Part shown: positions 1-11,975 of the stretch, one piece after another
Layout of the letters: every line of letters starts with the position of its first letter
How positions within the stretch are numbered: position 1 is the stretch's first letter
Source: Octopus vulgaris
Taxonomy: Eukaryota
Length of the DNA stretch: 64,000 nt
Direction: 5' to 3'
Assembly: GCA_951406725.2 (NCBI GenBank)
Contig: OX597814.1
Coordinates: 74,338,001 to 74,402,000, forward strand
Program-made: the position numbers and the translations under genes
The notes under the pieces: model-generated
The model's database searches: none
Told to the model about the DNA's origin: nothing
Seen by the model: only the letters and a program-made list of their open reading frames with translations

Positions 1-59
1 AGCTACTCAAAATGACCCAACTATATTAACTGCAAAATTACATGGTGGAAATACCTCTT

Positions 60-394
60 AATAATCAGACCACAGTTCATTAAAACTTTCATTCCACCTG
101 ATATCACTACCTGTTCTCATATTTGTAAGGAGTTATGTAGTCAAGCATCCCTTGCAGACAGTTTATTCCAGCATTAAAATCTAAACCAAAGTGAATGGCT
201 TTGACATTCAGGGGAGACAAGAAACTGTCAGTGTTGATAGGCTTAAGCAGGCTATCGTCGAGTCTAATCCCCAACCACAACACTTCTCTGCCACACCTGA
301 ACAATCCATACACAAGCATAAAGCATTATCCAACAACAGTACATCTCATACTGACAGGGTAACCAAAAGTGGAAGAAAATTAGTGGTCAGCTAG
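60..394 (+). mobile_element. Degraded Gypsy-type LTR retrotransposon integrase C-terminal remnant
   Basis: Peptide DIQGRQETVSVDRLKQA...TKSGRK resembles the VS(I/V)DRLKPA and TRSGR motifs at the end of Gypsy pol. The upstream part is broken by stops and frameshifts. Confidence 0.55.
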
Positions 395-3146
395 TAACAC
401 TTGCACATATTTTTAAGAAAAAAACTGCAGAACTTTTCATTGTAGCAAGGACATTTTTTCAACAGTTCTTCACTATTCAATGCACATTTCTTTTTCTTTA
501 TTGTATTTGTATTGGTCTCTCTCTTTTTATATTCTGTAATTGCTGAAGGGGTAGCAGTGATTTGAAACCAAATCCCTGGATACATAGTCAGACATCATGA
601 ACAAACCAGTTTCATGTGATTGGTCTATTAACCGACCAGCCAGCATGAAGCGATGATGTGGACAGGTTTACTTGAACATTCTAGAATTTAACTTTCAGTC
701 CAATATGGTTTCATATTTGGCAAGCAGTTTTACAAGCCCAACAACTAAGACAGATGGCACAGATAGACAACAGGAACCTTTGTCACTACAAATATAGCAC
801 AATTGTTTTCAATTATGTTAGGCAAACCACAGATTGCTGTAAATGCCAAGTAATATCTCTCTCCCAGTATGTAATTATTGCTGTTACCTGTAAAAGGCCA
901 ATGCAGTTTGTCTTTATGTGTAACAATAAAATCTTGTTAAATGTTTGCAGATGTTGTTCAGTTACTTCTACAGAAATCAAGAAACAAATTTTCATTCAAC
1001 TCAACCAATAATCACCAGACCTTCATATCATAAGGGATTTCATGATTGCAAAGAGAATTTCTTAACCACTTTAATCCAACACAGTAGGTTGAGATTGTTA
1101 GCATATAATTAAGGTTTGAAACATTAAAATATGTGGTGAGAAAAATAGCAGCTGATGCCAAATATTTCATCTAGTACAAGAGTACACCCATGACATGTTT
1201 CTATCTTGTTTTGTGAAATATAATTTTACCATATATTGTTAAATAGTTTGGAAATTGAGATGCTATCATTAAGATAAACAAGAGGACAGTATCTGCATAT
1301 TTAATACATGTAGCATGTAAAATATATGCAGTTTGTGAATAGAAAGAAATATAATAATTAAAAAAAAGGGATTGTTGCGAAGAAGGAACACAAAATATAT
1401 TTCTCATTTAGAAGTAGCAAAAAATTTATAATTATTACATTTTTAATGAATTTAATTGCATTATTTCCTCAAATTGACCATTAGTAGTCTGCAAATAATG
1501 TGCTAAAGCAATTTAGAAAACTAAGTTTGTGGGTTGTCAGAGAAACAAAACATTTCAGGCAAGGCCTTTTGAGAAAAAAAACATGAACTAGGAAACAGTA
1601 AATATTGTTTCTTTTTTTTTTTTCTTTGTCTTAAGAAAAATATATACTAAATATAATTTTGTACTTCAGAATTGCTTTTGGACATAAGAAACTGTACATC
1701 TTTAAAACCCTTTGATACATTAAAAACATACATAATGCACATAAAAATATACTACTGACAAACCATTTCAGCTTATCCTTGTATAGATTTATGGTATGCA
1801 GCCAAAGTTCTCAGTAACTGAAGACTATATTTCAATTACAAGTTTAAAGCATTTACTTGATCACATTCATCTCCGTAAATTGGTAGGTATTTCTAGCAGT
1901 GGTCAAACTAAATATATTGTCACTGTTTTAATAGGCAAATTTCTTACAGCCAAATGCCTTTCCTGAAACTAAGTTTCTACTATTTCCAAGCAAGTTAATT
2001 TTCCCCCCATAACTGGACATGTTTTTAGGGAAGATTGCATATGAACAGCACCACTTGTTAGATGGTGAGGTTTGTTTACAATTATCACAATGTCAAAATA
2101 TAACATACAAATACATATGACAAACTTCTTTCAGTTTCTGTCTACCAAATCCTCTTGGACAGTCTGAGTGCATAGTAGAAGACACTTGCCCAAGTTGCCA
2201 CACAAAACCATGTAATTGGCAAGGAAAATAGTCATGTGAGGAGTAAAAATTTTACATGAAAAGAGGTAAAAGTTGGTAATAGAAAAGACATAAGGCTGTA
2301 GAATATTGCCTTAGATCTTTGTTCCAAGAAAGTCAACATGGAAAGTGTGGATGTAAAAAGGATGATGAGATGTGAGCCAAAGTTCTCAGTAAATGAAGAC
2401 TATATAATTCAATGGCAAGTTGAAGGCATTTACTTGATCACATTCATCTCTATAAACTTTCCATTAAAATTCAGGCCCCTACTTAATAAATTTTGTAATG
2501 AAAATATTAAAAAATAGTGGTTTTTCAGTTGCCATCATTCCACTTATAAATATATATTTAACTTCTTGGTTGCTGCTTTTAGGAGATAGAGCTGTCACAT
2601 CCACTGGGCTGTCCAGTCAAAATAAGCCCTTAGTATTTAAGACAAGACTATGAAAAGAAAACTGGACAGTTCAAGTAGATTAAACTAACACCTCCAATAT
2701 TTTATTCAAAAATATATTTGCATACTTTATTTAGAGGTGTTTTATGGTGAGACGTTTTTTAATTGGTTAGTTTTATATTTTCTCAGAGAAATTGATATTT
2801 TGAGACTGGTAAATTTACTCTATTTTACAGTATATGCGTAAACATATTGTAACTGGTTATATACCAATTTTATCAATACAATAATTAAACTTAGATCACT
2901 AATAAAACAACTGACATACATTCTATATGTTCTAGATCAAACCCAGCTGCAATCTGTTTTTCAATTAACAAGAAAGATTTTGTTCACATTTTGGAAATTG
3001 AATTTAATACAAATGAAAATGAATTGCTGTGATGAGCAGGAGGCAAGAGAGAGATGTAAGAAGTCAGGCAGGAATTGAAGAGTTGGAGGACTATAAATAG
3101 AGGCAATGATTTAGAAGTCCACAATGATAAATATGGAGTTTGACGT

Positions 3147-3218
3147 CTAGGACGGGTAATACTGATTATTATATGAAGACCAATGAGGATGTGGATAGCC
3201 TCCGTAACTGGCAGCATT
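3147..3218 (-). CDS. PRPF39: PRPF39 last coding exon (NAASYGGYPHPHWSSYNNQYYPS*)
   Basis: Acceptor tatttacag, phase 0, 72 nt ending in TAG, in frame with the previous exon. Tyr/Asn-rich tail. Confidence 0.8.
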   Translation of the reverse strand, partial: NAASYGGYPHPHWSSYNNQYYPS

Positions 3219-3286
3219 CTGTAAATAAATAAGACAGAATTTCAATACAGACAAGAAAACAAACATTCCAGCAAAATTAATAATAG

Positions 3287-3500
3287 TTAAATCTTTAGCA
3301 TTTAAACCAGTCAAAATATTCAATTTTATGTTCAAACTGGCTAGATGTGGCCTCTCTCACATATTCTACAATATCATTCTAAAAATTAACAGTTACCTCA
3401 TAAAAATCTCAAAGCTACAAGATAATACATGATTAATTCATAACAATGTGAATAAATAAGCATTATATTTAATGGAATAATCTGAATGCTAAAGGGTTAA
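3287..3500. mobile_element. TTAA-flanked MITE (piggyBac-like)
   Basis: Inverted termini ttaa-atctttagcatt ... aatgctaaaggg-ttaa. Related copies at about 34549-34720 and 43972-44311. Confidence 0.65.
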
Positions 3501-4195
3501 GTTTATATCATAAAATATGAGAGGAGAGAGGAAAGTGTCTCAGCCTCTTTTAACAGTAAAAGTAATATCATCATTATCATTAAGCCTTAGATATCTTCTC
3601 TTGTCCTAGGTCCTAATAAGGCTGGTTACCATGGTATATAAGCAACTAAGATCACAACATTCCTTCTGAATGGGACACCAGTTCTCATTTACAGCTGACT
3701 GGACTGCAGCAATGTGAAATGATGGTATTCTGCTTAATACAACATACCACCCAGTCTAAGAATTGAAACCACAATCTTGCAATCATGAGTGCAAATCCTA
3801 ACCACAAAGTCACCTGTTGCCACAAAAATGTAATATGGCTGCTATTTCTTGACAAAAGAGACCAACTGATTTATTTTAGTCAAGACCTACCCTATTCATT
3901 TTAGATAGCATTAGTCATTCAACCAAGCTTAGTGCTTATGTGTGAAAGTTGCAATACTGAAATATTTTCTTTTTATTTCAAAAATTTAGGGTTATTTATA
4001 TATTTATAATAATTTCAGACAATCAAAGAACAGGAAAACTTCTGAAAAGCCAAAGGTTTTCCACTAAAGAAACTAGAGAGAAAATGGAAAAGTGTAACTT
4101 GGTTAAGAAATAGAAGTATTTTCCCCACTAATGCTAACAATAACAGACACTGGGTTAAATCAACAACAATAAAAATAGGTAATGATTTTACTTAC

Positions 4196-4382
4196 TTGAT
4201 ATGAACCCCAATGAGCATACTGAAAAGGGGTATTTTGTTGTACTACATTAGATATATCATTATTGCCGGACACGGCTGTTCCAACACTTGTTGCAGATAA
4301 TATGTCTTTTGATCCATTGGCACGGGTGCAGTTGTTATTCACTCCACCATCCAATTTAGCCTTTTTCTCCAGTGGATCTTCT
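4196..4382 (-). CDS. PRPF39: PRPF39 exon (EDPLEKKAKLDGG...QYAHWGSYQ)
   Basis: ttttcag acceptor, gtaagt donor, 187 nt, phase 2 to 0, open frame. Confidence 0.85.
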
Positions 4383-5998
4383 CTGAAAATTATTTTAAAA
4401 CAATGTAAATCAAAATATTTTTAAGATATATAATAAAAAGAAAGGATAAAAACTGAGTATTATAATGGTACGTAAATAATCTTTCAAGTAATAAATTTCA
4501 TAGGCAAAGAAAAAATGACACTTCGCATCAGTTTTTCACTATCTCTTGGCGCACAGGCCACATTCTTCCCCACCCCCAGAAACATAGACCACTTTCTGCA
4601 GGAAATTCAAAACTGTATTTCACAAATAAAACTTAATCAAATCAACATATTTTGTTGTTTTTACATCCAACACTTTCTTTTGACCACCCTATTATTACTC
4701 CACTTTTCCACTTCAACACCCTGCCGGATGCTTTTCACCACCCTAAGGCATGGGGAAGTACCACCCACTTTGGGATAGTTTCAACCATTCTAAATTTCAG
4801 GAAATTCATTTAGCCAGTCTCATCTGTATAAAGTGACTTACCAATATAGGAGCTAAATATTTTTTTTGCTATACAATGAGAGGACTATTATCTCTAACTT
4901 CAGAAGAGCTTTATTACATAATGAAAAATCAATAGTTAAAAGAGACTGTGATAGTAATGCTGACATTAGAAAAGGAATATTCCCAGTGGATGTTCAATTG
5001 AAACAACTGTCCGGTGTGCACACTGTAGAGTCAGATGTTTACAAATCATCTCACAAAAGCTTTTCATATGAATATCAAAAATTGAAAGAAAAAAAAGCAA
5101 AACAAAAAAAAATTTCAAGTCAGTTTTGTTCAATATTTTAATTTACCTGAATTTAACTATAAAGATATGGTGACATATTACACCAAATTCAATCAGAAAA
5201 TCCTTTCACTGCTACAATCACACATTTTTTTCCCCTTTCTATAGTTTTCTTCAGAGATGTTTTAATATAAATCCTCAATCTCTATATGCATAACCATTCT
5301 CCATGCACCCAAATTAAAAATTAAATAATGCATTAGAATTCATCTTTGTTGTACTATACAACAATTCTAATATATTTTAATGGAATAAGAGATAACTCAC
5401 ATTATTCATTAGTTTTAAAACAAAACTTGATTTTATATCCAATTCAATCTACCTGTAATTAGTTTTGAATCCAAATTTGCAAGCATTTCCTGGGAGGTAC
5501 TGTGTGCTCCAAACACCCACTTAATGTAAACCAGAAAACAAAAACAAATTGAAATTTTCTCAGACCATATAAATTTTGAAATACAGGAGCAGCCTGTTCT
5601 GATTAGAAATATAACAAAAGGGTAAACTCTGATCAGTTTAGGAGAAAGAACTATAACAGAATAAAACTTCTGATAGTTTTATTGTTTTACAAGCATTTCT
5701 CAATGCTAGGATGGAGTACTTGACAGCTTGCCCAGTCAGCTACTTAGTGGTTCTTTTGTGTCAGCCAAACAGGTTCTAACATTAGTACAATAGATTATAT
5801 GGGCCTTTTTCAGTTTTGTCTACCAAATCCACTCACAAAGTTTTGGTTGGTCTGAGGCTGTAGAAGACACTTGCCCAAGGTGCTTCAATGTTTAACATAT
5901 GCACCAAGCTACATCATACATTTTGTAGAGATGGAAATTAGGTGACACGAGCTTTATTTTTCTTTACAGAATGCAATTCAAAATGAAAGAATACTTAC

Positions 5999-6079
5999 CC
6001 ACATTCAACCATTTTCCGTTTCTTTTCTATGTGAGCCTCTTTCAAAACCTTTTGGTGCTCATCATAAGCATCAAGCAAC
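5999..6079 (-). CDS. PRPF39: PRPF39 exon (LLDAYDEHQKVLKEAHIEKKRKMVEC)
   Basis: ttttag acceptor, gtaagt donor, 81 nt. AYDEHQ motif and basic NLS-like run. Confidence 0.92.
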
Positions 6080-6449
6080 CTAAAAGAAAAAGGAAGTCCA
6101 CAATCAGCATTAAGTGTGTGTGTGGGCACAATTTAAAAATGTTTTTAATTGGTTTAAGTCATTAGACTACGGCCATGCTGGAGCATCACTCAGAGTTAGG
6201 TTTTCTTTTTAATCAGTCATATCAATCTCCAGCAGTTATTTCATCATTCTATATTTTAATATTTGTCAAAGTTACCATTTTTACTCAATTATAAAATAAA
6301 ATGAAAATTAAAAATCAAGGAAGTAGCCTCTATGATTAAATTATAACATAAATGTTAGCTTTTATTCATTAATGTTACACTATGGAATAAAACTGACAAA
6401 AAAAAAAAAAATTATTTTAAAACAAAATTATCATAATCAAACAACTTAC

Positions 6450-6631
6450 TTGGTAATATCTTTTCCAAAATCTTCTAAAAATTCTATTCGCCTTTGTGAA
6501 AATTTAATTTTGCTTTGTAAAGACATGTTAGTTGATAGTGTAAATTTAAAAGTGTCAAGTATTGAATCTTCATTCATTGGTTGCGTCTGATATTCAATAT
6601 CTAATAACTGAAGGTGTAATTTAGGATTTGT
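6450..6631 (-). CDS. PRPF39: PRPF39 exon (TNPKLHLQLLDIEY...FSQRRIEFLEDFGKDIT)
   Basis: ttttcag acceptor, gtaagt donor, 182 nt. FSQRRxEFLEDFG motif. Confidence 0.95.
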
Positions 6632-7424
6632 CTGAAAAAGGAAAGGAATTAAAGGCTGACAAAGCTTTAACAAAAAAAAAAAATGAAAAAGCCTTTACAT
6701 TCTTCTTTTTTCCGGAATAGCTTTCCAACAACTGTATGGGTTATGTATCTACCTCACAAGCTTTATCTTGATTTTTATCAAAAGGTTACTTTCTCAAAAT
6801 TCTTAGTCAGCTATGCCATCAAATCTGAATTTTAAGTAGACCAATTTCAACACTTAGGTCCTCTAATAATTTTTTCTTTTAGTGGCATAAGACCTGAAAT
6901 TTTTAAGAGGAGACTAGTAGATTACACTGACCCCAGTGTTCAACTGGTTCTTTATTTTATTGATCCTGAAGGGAAGAAAGGCAATTGACCTTGACAGAAT
7001 TTGGACTGGAAGGAATGCCATTCAGCATTTTTGTCCAGCATGTTAATTCTGCCAGCTTGTAATCCTAAGACCTCTAACAATAAAAACACCCTTAGAATAT
7101 GTAACAAATATTTCTATGATGGAATCATAGAAAATAAACTCATTACTTTATCACTTGGCTGCAATATAGCAGGAGCTTTGAAAAATGGGAACTGAATTAA
7201 TTTTATTTATAGTTCATGGTTAAACCTAATTTAGTCTTTAATAAAAAATAAAATCTCACAGATTTTAGTCTCATTTAACAATGAGAAAATCAATTATCTA
7301 GATATATCAGTTTATTTTGTAGAGAAATGAAGGAAACCTTTCCAAATGCAATTAGAGAGAGAGAGAAATGTGATGTTTTATTAAACAGGATAAAAGTTTT
7401 TTTTATAAATGCCTGTCTACTTAC

Positions 7425-7484
7425 CTCATCAATTTCTATTGCTTCTTTTAAAATTTCTTTGGCTTTATTTACATCATGACAAAC
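7425..7484 (-). CDS. PRPF39: PRPF39 exon (VCHDVNKAKEILKEAIEIDE)
   Basis: ttatag acceptor, gtaagt donor, 60 nt, phase 0 to 0. HAT-like helix. Too short for the ORF track. Confidence 0.9.
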
Positions 7485-7600
7485 CTATAATTGTATAAAG
7501 TAAACAATTTCAACTCGTCAATATATTAAAAAAGTGCCATACTTGTAAAATTAATTTAAATTTAATCAAAGATTGTCAAATATCTTAGAATTACAATTAC

Positions 7601-7809
7601 CTTTGACAGGAAACGTGAGTATTTTATGGCAAAAAATGAACGTATTTCTTTGGTAGCTGCTGTATCCATATATTCTTGGAACAAAGCTGCAGCAGCAGCA
7701 AAATTGTATTGATGCCGCTCTAAACTTATTCTCCGAAGTGCAACCATGGCAAGTCCAGGAATGTTTTTTTCTAGATTGTTTAATATTTTCCAAGCTTCAT
7801 CATAATTAC
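7601..7809 (-). CDS. PRPF39: PRPF39 exon (GNYDEAWKILNNLEKNIPGLAMVALRRISLERH...YSRFLSK)
   Basis: ttttgaag acceptor, gtaatt donor, 209 nt, phase 1 to 0. GLAMVxLRRxSLER motif. Confidence 0.95.
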
Positions 7810-9337
7810 CTTCAAAAACAAAATTTGTTTAAGCATTTACACACAGAGTGAAGGTTTATACTGAATTTTTCATAAATCTTAACCAGCTGCACTTTTCTAA
7901 GAAGTTGTAAACATTTAGAAGTAAAAACAAAATATGATTTTAAAACTAGATGGTGCAGTATCAAAATACTTATCATTGGTGAATTAAAACAATGATTGTG
8001 AATGTGTGTACAAAGTCCCTAAAAATGATAAATTGTCGAAGTTTGAAAACTTCAGCACATATCACTGACTAAATATACTGCATTCTATAAGTATACAAAA
8101 TCAGTCAAAGAAACTACATTATAAACTCATTAAGGGTGTATATTCTTTGCAACTTCATAAATCTAATAATACTATTCTTTTTTATTCCTTTGTGCTAGAA
8201 CCAGATTTTTATGACATTTGACAAAAAATACTTTACATAAACAGTGTCCAATAATTCAATTAATCAATTAATCAAAATTTCAATTAAATTTTCCACCTAT
8301 ACATATGAATAAACACTATGTAAGAGGCTGTAAAAATTAAGTGCAATGATTGTGGACATGCTGGGGTTCCTCTTTCAAACGCATAATTCCTTGAAAGGTA
8401 AATTGATCTTATATGATTTGAACTTAGCCAAAAGTTACTTCATCTGATACTCTACTTGAAGGATCAAATCTGCAATATATATATATATATATATATATAG
8501 ATATAATTTTTAGAAAAAAAAAACAATATACACGTCTCTTTTATAGGTTTATAGAAATATACTTTATTCTATTACTAGTTCTCGTCTTTGGATGCAGCCA
8601 TTTTGGGGCATCACCTTTAAGGCTTTTAGTTAATTATATCAATGCCAGTACCTAACACTACATAAATTACAATTAGATGGCAATTTTTAAAATGCAATAA
8701 GATATCAACCCTATATTAACAAAGACATCTTAGAAATTGTTTCATTTCTTCAATTGTATCATAATAATATTGAGGTGATACTCCATACATTTTCCTCAAA
8801 TATAATTTTGTATAAATGTACTCCTGTCATCTAATTTTGTAACTGTCATGAGAATTCAATTAATGGCATGCCTTTAATTGATGCCTTGTTTGTTTATACA
8901 AATTTGTTTCATCTTCACTGCTGCTAGCATAAAAATATGATTACCTACATCATCCACAGTAAAATTGGGACAGTTTTCTCTAAATAATTACAACATCCTG
9001 AGAGAAAAAACATTAGAAAGTAGCTGAAGTTGGTCATATAGCAAGCATCATCTTTGAAAAATATGCAAGATTTGTGAATAAACTAAATTTCAATAACATT
9101 TACATATACAAATAAATGAAGTTTTATTAGGGGTATAAGATATCTCGTGAATGAGCAAGCATTTTCTTCTTGCCCAAATCCGCTCATTATCAAGGCAAAA
9201 TGGTGTTTTAGGTGTCACAAGATATCTTGTGATCAAGCTTTGGGTGTTAAGTTGTTTGTCCAATAATACACTTGATAATTCTATTAAAAACAGAAAGTAT
9301 TCTAGTCAGGTTTATAGCAAATCAATTTTTCACTTAC

Positions 9338-9464
9338 CTTGACTTTCTTCAAAAGCAGCCCAAGTTAAATGTATTGATGGCTTTTTAGGTAAATGAATAT
9401 TACATGCTCTTTTATAAACATTGCGGGCAGCTTCAATACTATGTTGTTCTATATATCGAGCATA
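9338..9464 (-). CDS. PRPF39: PRPF39 exon ([42 protein letters not shown])
   Basis: tttttatag acceptor, gtaagt donor, 127 nt. RACxIHLPKKP...WAAFEE motif. Confidence 0.96.
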
Positions 9465-10602
9465 CTATAAAAAACGAGAACATACAATTTAATCAAGATA
9501 TTGAGCATACTATAAAATTTTCCTGTTAAGAGAAGAATATCATCAACACGATGTCATGTTAAAGATGAAATGGACATAACTAACAACAACGAAAATTTTA
9601 AGGTAATCCATACACATCACAGGACCATTTCAGTGCGAGAGAGAGAGAAGACTGTGTTGATATGGTCTTGTGATGTGCATGGATGAGGGCAGCAGCATAA
9701 TGCTGATCTCTATTTGTGGAAAAGGTAGACAGGAGATGAAGTGGCAAGGAATGATCTTCAGATGCTGAGCCTCACAGAGGAGGTAATAAAGGACTGACAT
9801 TTCTGGCAATTTTGCCAAGCTTGAGAAGACATATCAAGCTAAGTAATATTGTGGTCACCCATGCATAAACATGTTCTTTATGGCCATGCCCTCCCCGCCA
9901 ACCAAGTCACACACAATCTGACCTCTGTCAAAATTGCCTCGCCACCTATCTTTCCAGCAACGCTCATGATCATTACTCTCTGCAGGTCTCTCCACTCTCC
10001 CTTACATATCTACCATACATGCCTACCAGCCACTCCAATTTCTCTCACCATCAGTTGCTACTGTCACCTGTTCACACCATTTATTTCTCTCTCACTGTCT
10101 CTATTTCTCCTCCTCATCCTCTCTTTTCCTACTAGGGCAGCCAAATATTTCCTTTATCCCTCTATTATATTCTAATTTATCACCTGGCACAAAGCCACCT
10201 CTCTTGATTCCATTCCTTCTCTTTTGTCTCACAAGTTACTTGGCAACCTTTAAAGCTTCATCTTTACATTAAACAATTTGCAAATAAGCTCTCATTTCAA
10301 ATGCTATATGCAAATGCCTCTATAAATGCTGATTTTGTTAGGACTTATCTGTAAATACTTAAGAGAAATATTTTCAAGAACAAAATTTTCTTCTTCTATC
10401 ATAAAATATAAGGGCATAAACAGAAAGTTTAGATGTGCAGCTATTGCAAGAACTTTCATATTGGAATATGTGGAAAATGGCTATAATAGAAGTTTGATCA
10501 ACTTAAGTCAGCCTCATTAAAACATGGATTTTTTTTTTAAATGGCACCTTAAATAGAAAGAAACAAATTTATATTTTCAATGAGTAAATTTCAGAAACTT
10601 AC

Positions 10603-10767
10603 TTTCAACCAAAAATCTTCATATAATGCAGTCGCTATTAAGCATCTTTCAAAGAGAACAACAACTCTCTCATGTGTTCCAAATTCAATTTCAAAATCTA
10701 AATAATCTTTCCAGTTTTTCAACTGTGATCTTTCTAAAGGTTTAACATGGAAATAAGGCCGTTTGAT
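10603..10767 (-). CDS. PRPF39: PRPF39 exon ([28 protein letters not shown]...[18 protein letters not shown])
   Basis: ttttcag acceptor, gtaagt donor, 165 nt. [11 protein letters not shown] is the Prp39 signature. Confidence 0.98.
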
Positions 10768-11975
10768 CTGAAAATTGATATTGAAAAGTTATATTACATT
10801 TTATATAATACAGAAATTTCCAAAGCATTTCTAACAAAATTATAGAATAACCAAAGAGAAAATATGATAGTCTTTATAATAATATTAGAAGGAATGACTG
10901 AATAAAAATGTGTTATCTATTAAGAAAATCAGTTCACTTTAATTTCTATACCAAACAATATAATTTTCCTTTTGGCTTTTATCACTAGAAACATCTTAGA
11001 AAATATTTCAATATCAAGCAAAGAGCATATTTAAAAACTACAACAATTTCTTTTTAAGTATTTTAAATCTGTTATTCCAGCATACTTCAATATCCTTTTA
11101 ATAGTTGTGGATAGAAAGCAAACAATAGTATAACATTTCCATTGATTAGAGGGTCCAGTAGTTGATCAATGTGAATAAGAAGGATGCTTTAATTCAAAGC
11201 AACATATCAAATCAAATGAGAACAAAGTCATGTTCAACAGAAAAATGTTTCTTGCCTTGTAATTTAATCATGCCACCTTTAGATTGGAGACCTGATCAGA
11301 ATGCTTGAAATGGATTGGATCTGTACCCAGCAGCTCGTAGAAAGATTAAGTTTACCACCTAAGAGTAGTACTTTCAGTTTTTGTCTACCTGGTCTCATTC
11401 ACATTGCATCAAAAATTATGGTAGAAGACACTTGCCCAAGGTGTCATACATTAGGAAAAAAACTAGTAAACACAAAAGCGCAAAATTCTTAACCACATAT
11501 ATATGCCCAAACTTTTAGTAGCATACAACAAAAGTTAGTTTGTTCAATATTTCAACATTGTAATATTATCATAATATAATGCAGTAAATTGCACAGTAGT
11601 TTGTTTTTTTTTCTACAAGAAGCAATTAAATATCCAACAGCATATATTTCATTTCAGATATTAAAAGTAAGGACAAATAGGAGTAACTAAGACATTTGTT
11701 ATATCTGTAAATTAGAGTGTGATGGAGTGAACCTGTCTGTTTCAAACAATATGTTCAGAGAAGGTCAATAATAATAGCTTCAATGGAATTTTATCAATTG
11801 CATCGACCCAACTACTTTAGTATTTTATCCATCTCTTTTAAAAAAACGAAAAGGCGCAAAGTAGTCTTTCAGCCTAAGGGAAATAACTTGGACAGTTGTT
11901 AATACCTTTTTTTTTAAACATTAGTTCTTTAGTTACCCTATACTGATTGTGTGTGTATATATATATATATATATA

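Noticed and set aside
2695-2735. AATAAA hexamers on the minus strand as the PRPF39 poly(A) signal
   Set aside because: Plausible, but such hexamers are frequent in AT-rich DNA. I cannot choose one without 3'-end data.
6190-6247. Possible C/D snoRNA on the minus strand (ATGATGA...CTGA...CTGA)
   Set aside because: It is short, has no terminal stem or recognisable rRNA guide, and abuts a decayed SINE tail.
11140-11200. ttagagggtc, resembling the 18S rRNA target of a snoRNA I recall being hosted in vertebrate PRPF39
   Set aside because: It is mismatched, and there is no adjacent box D or box C.
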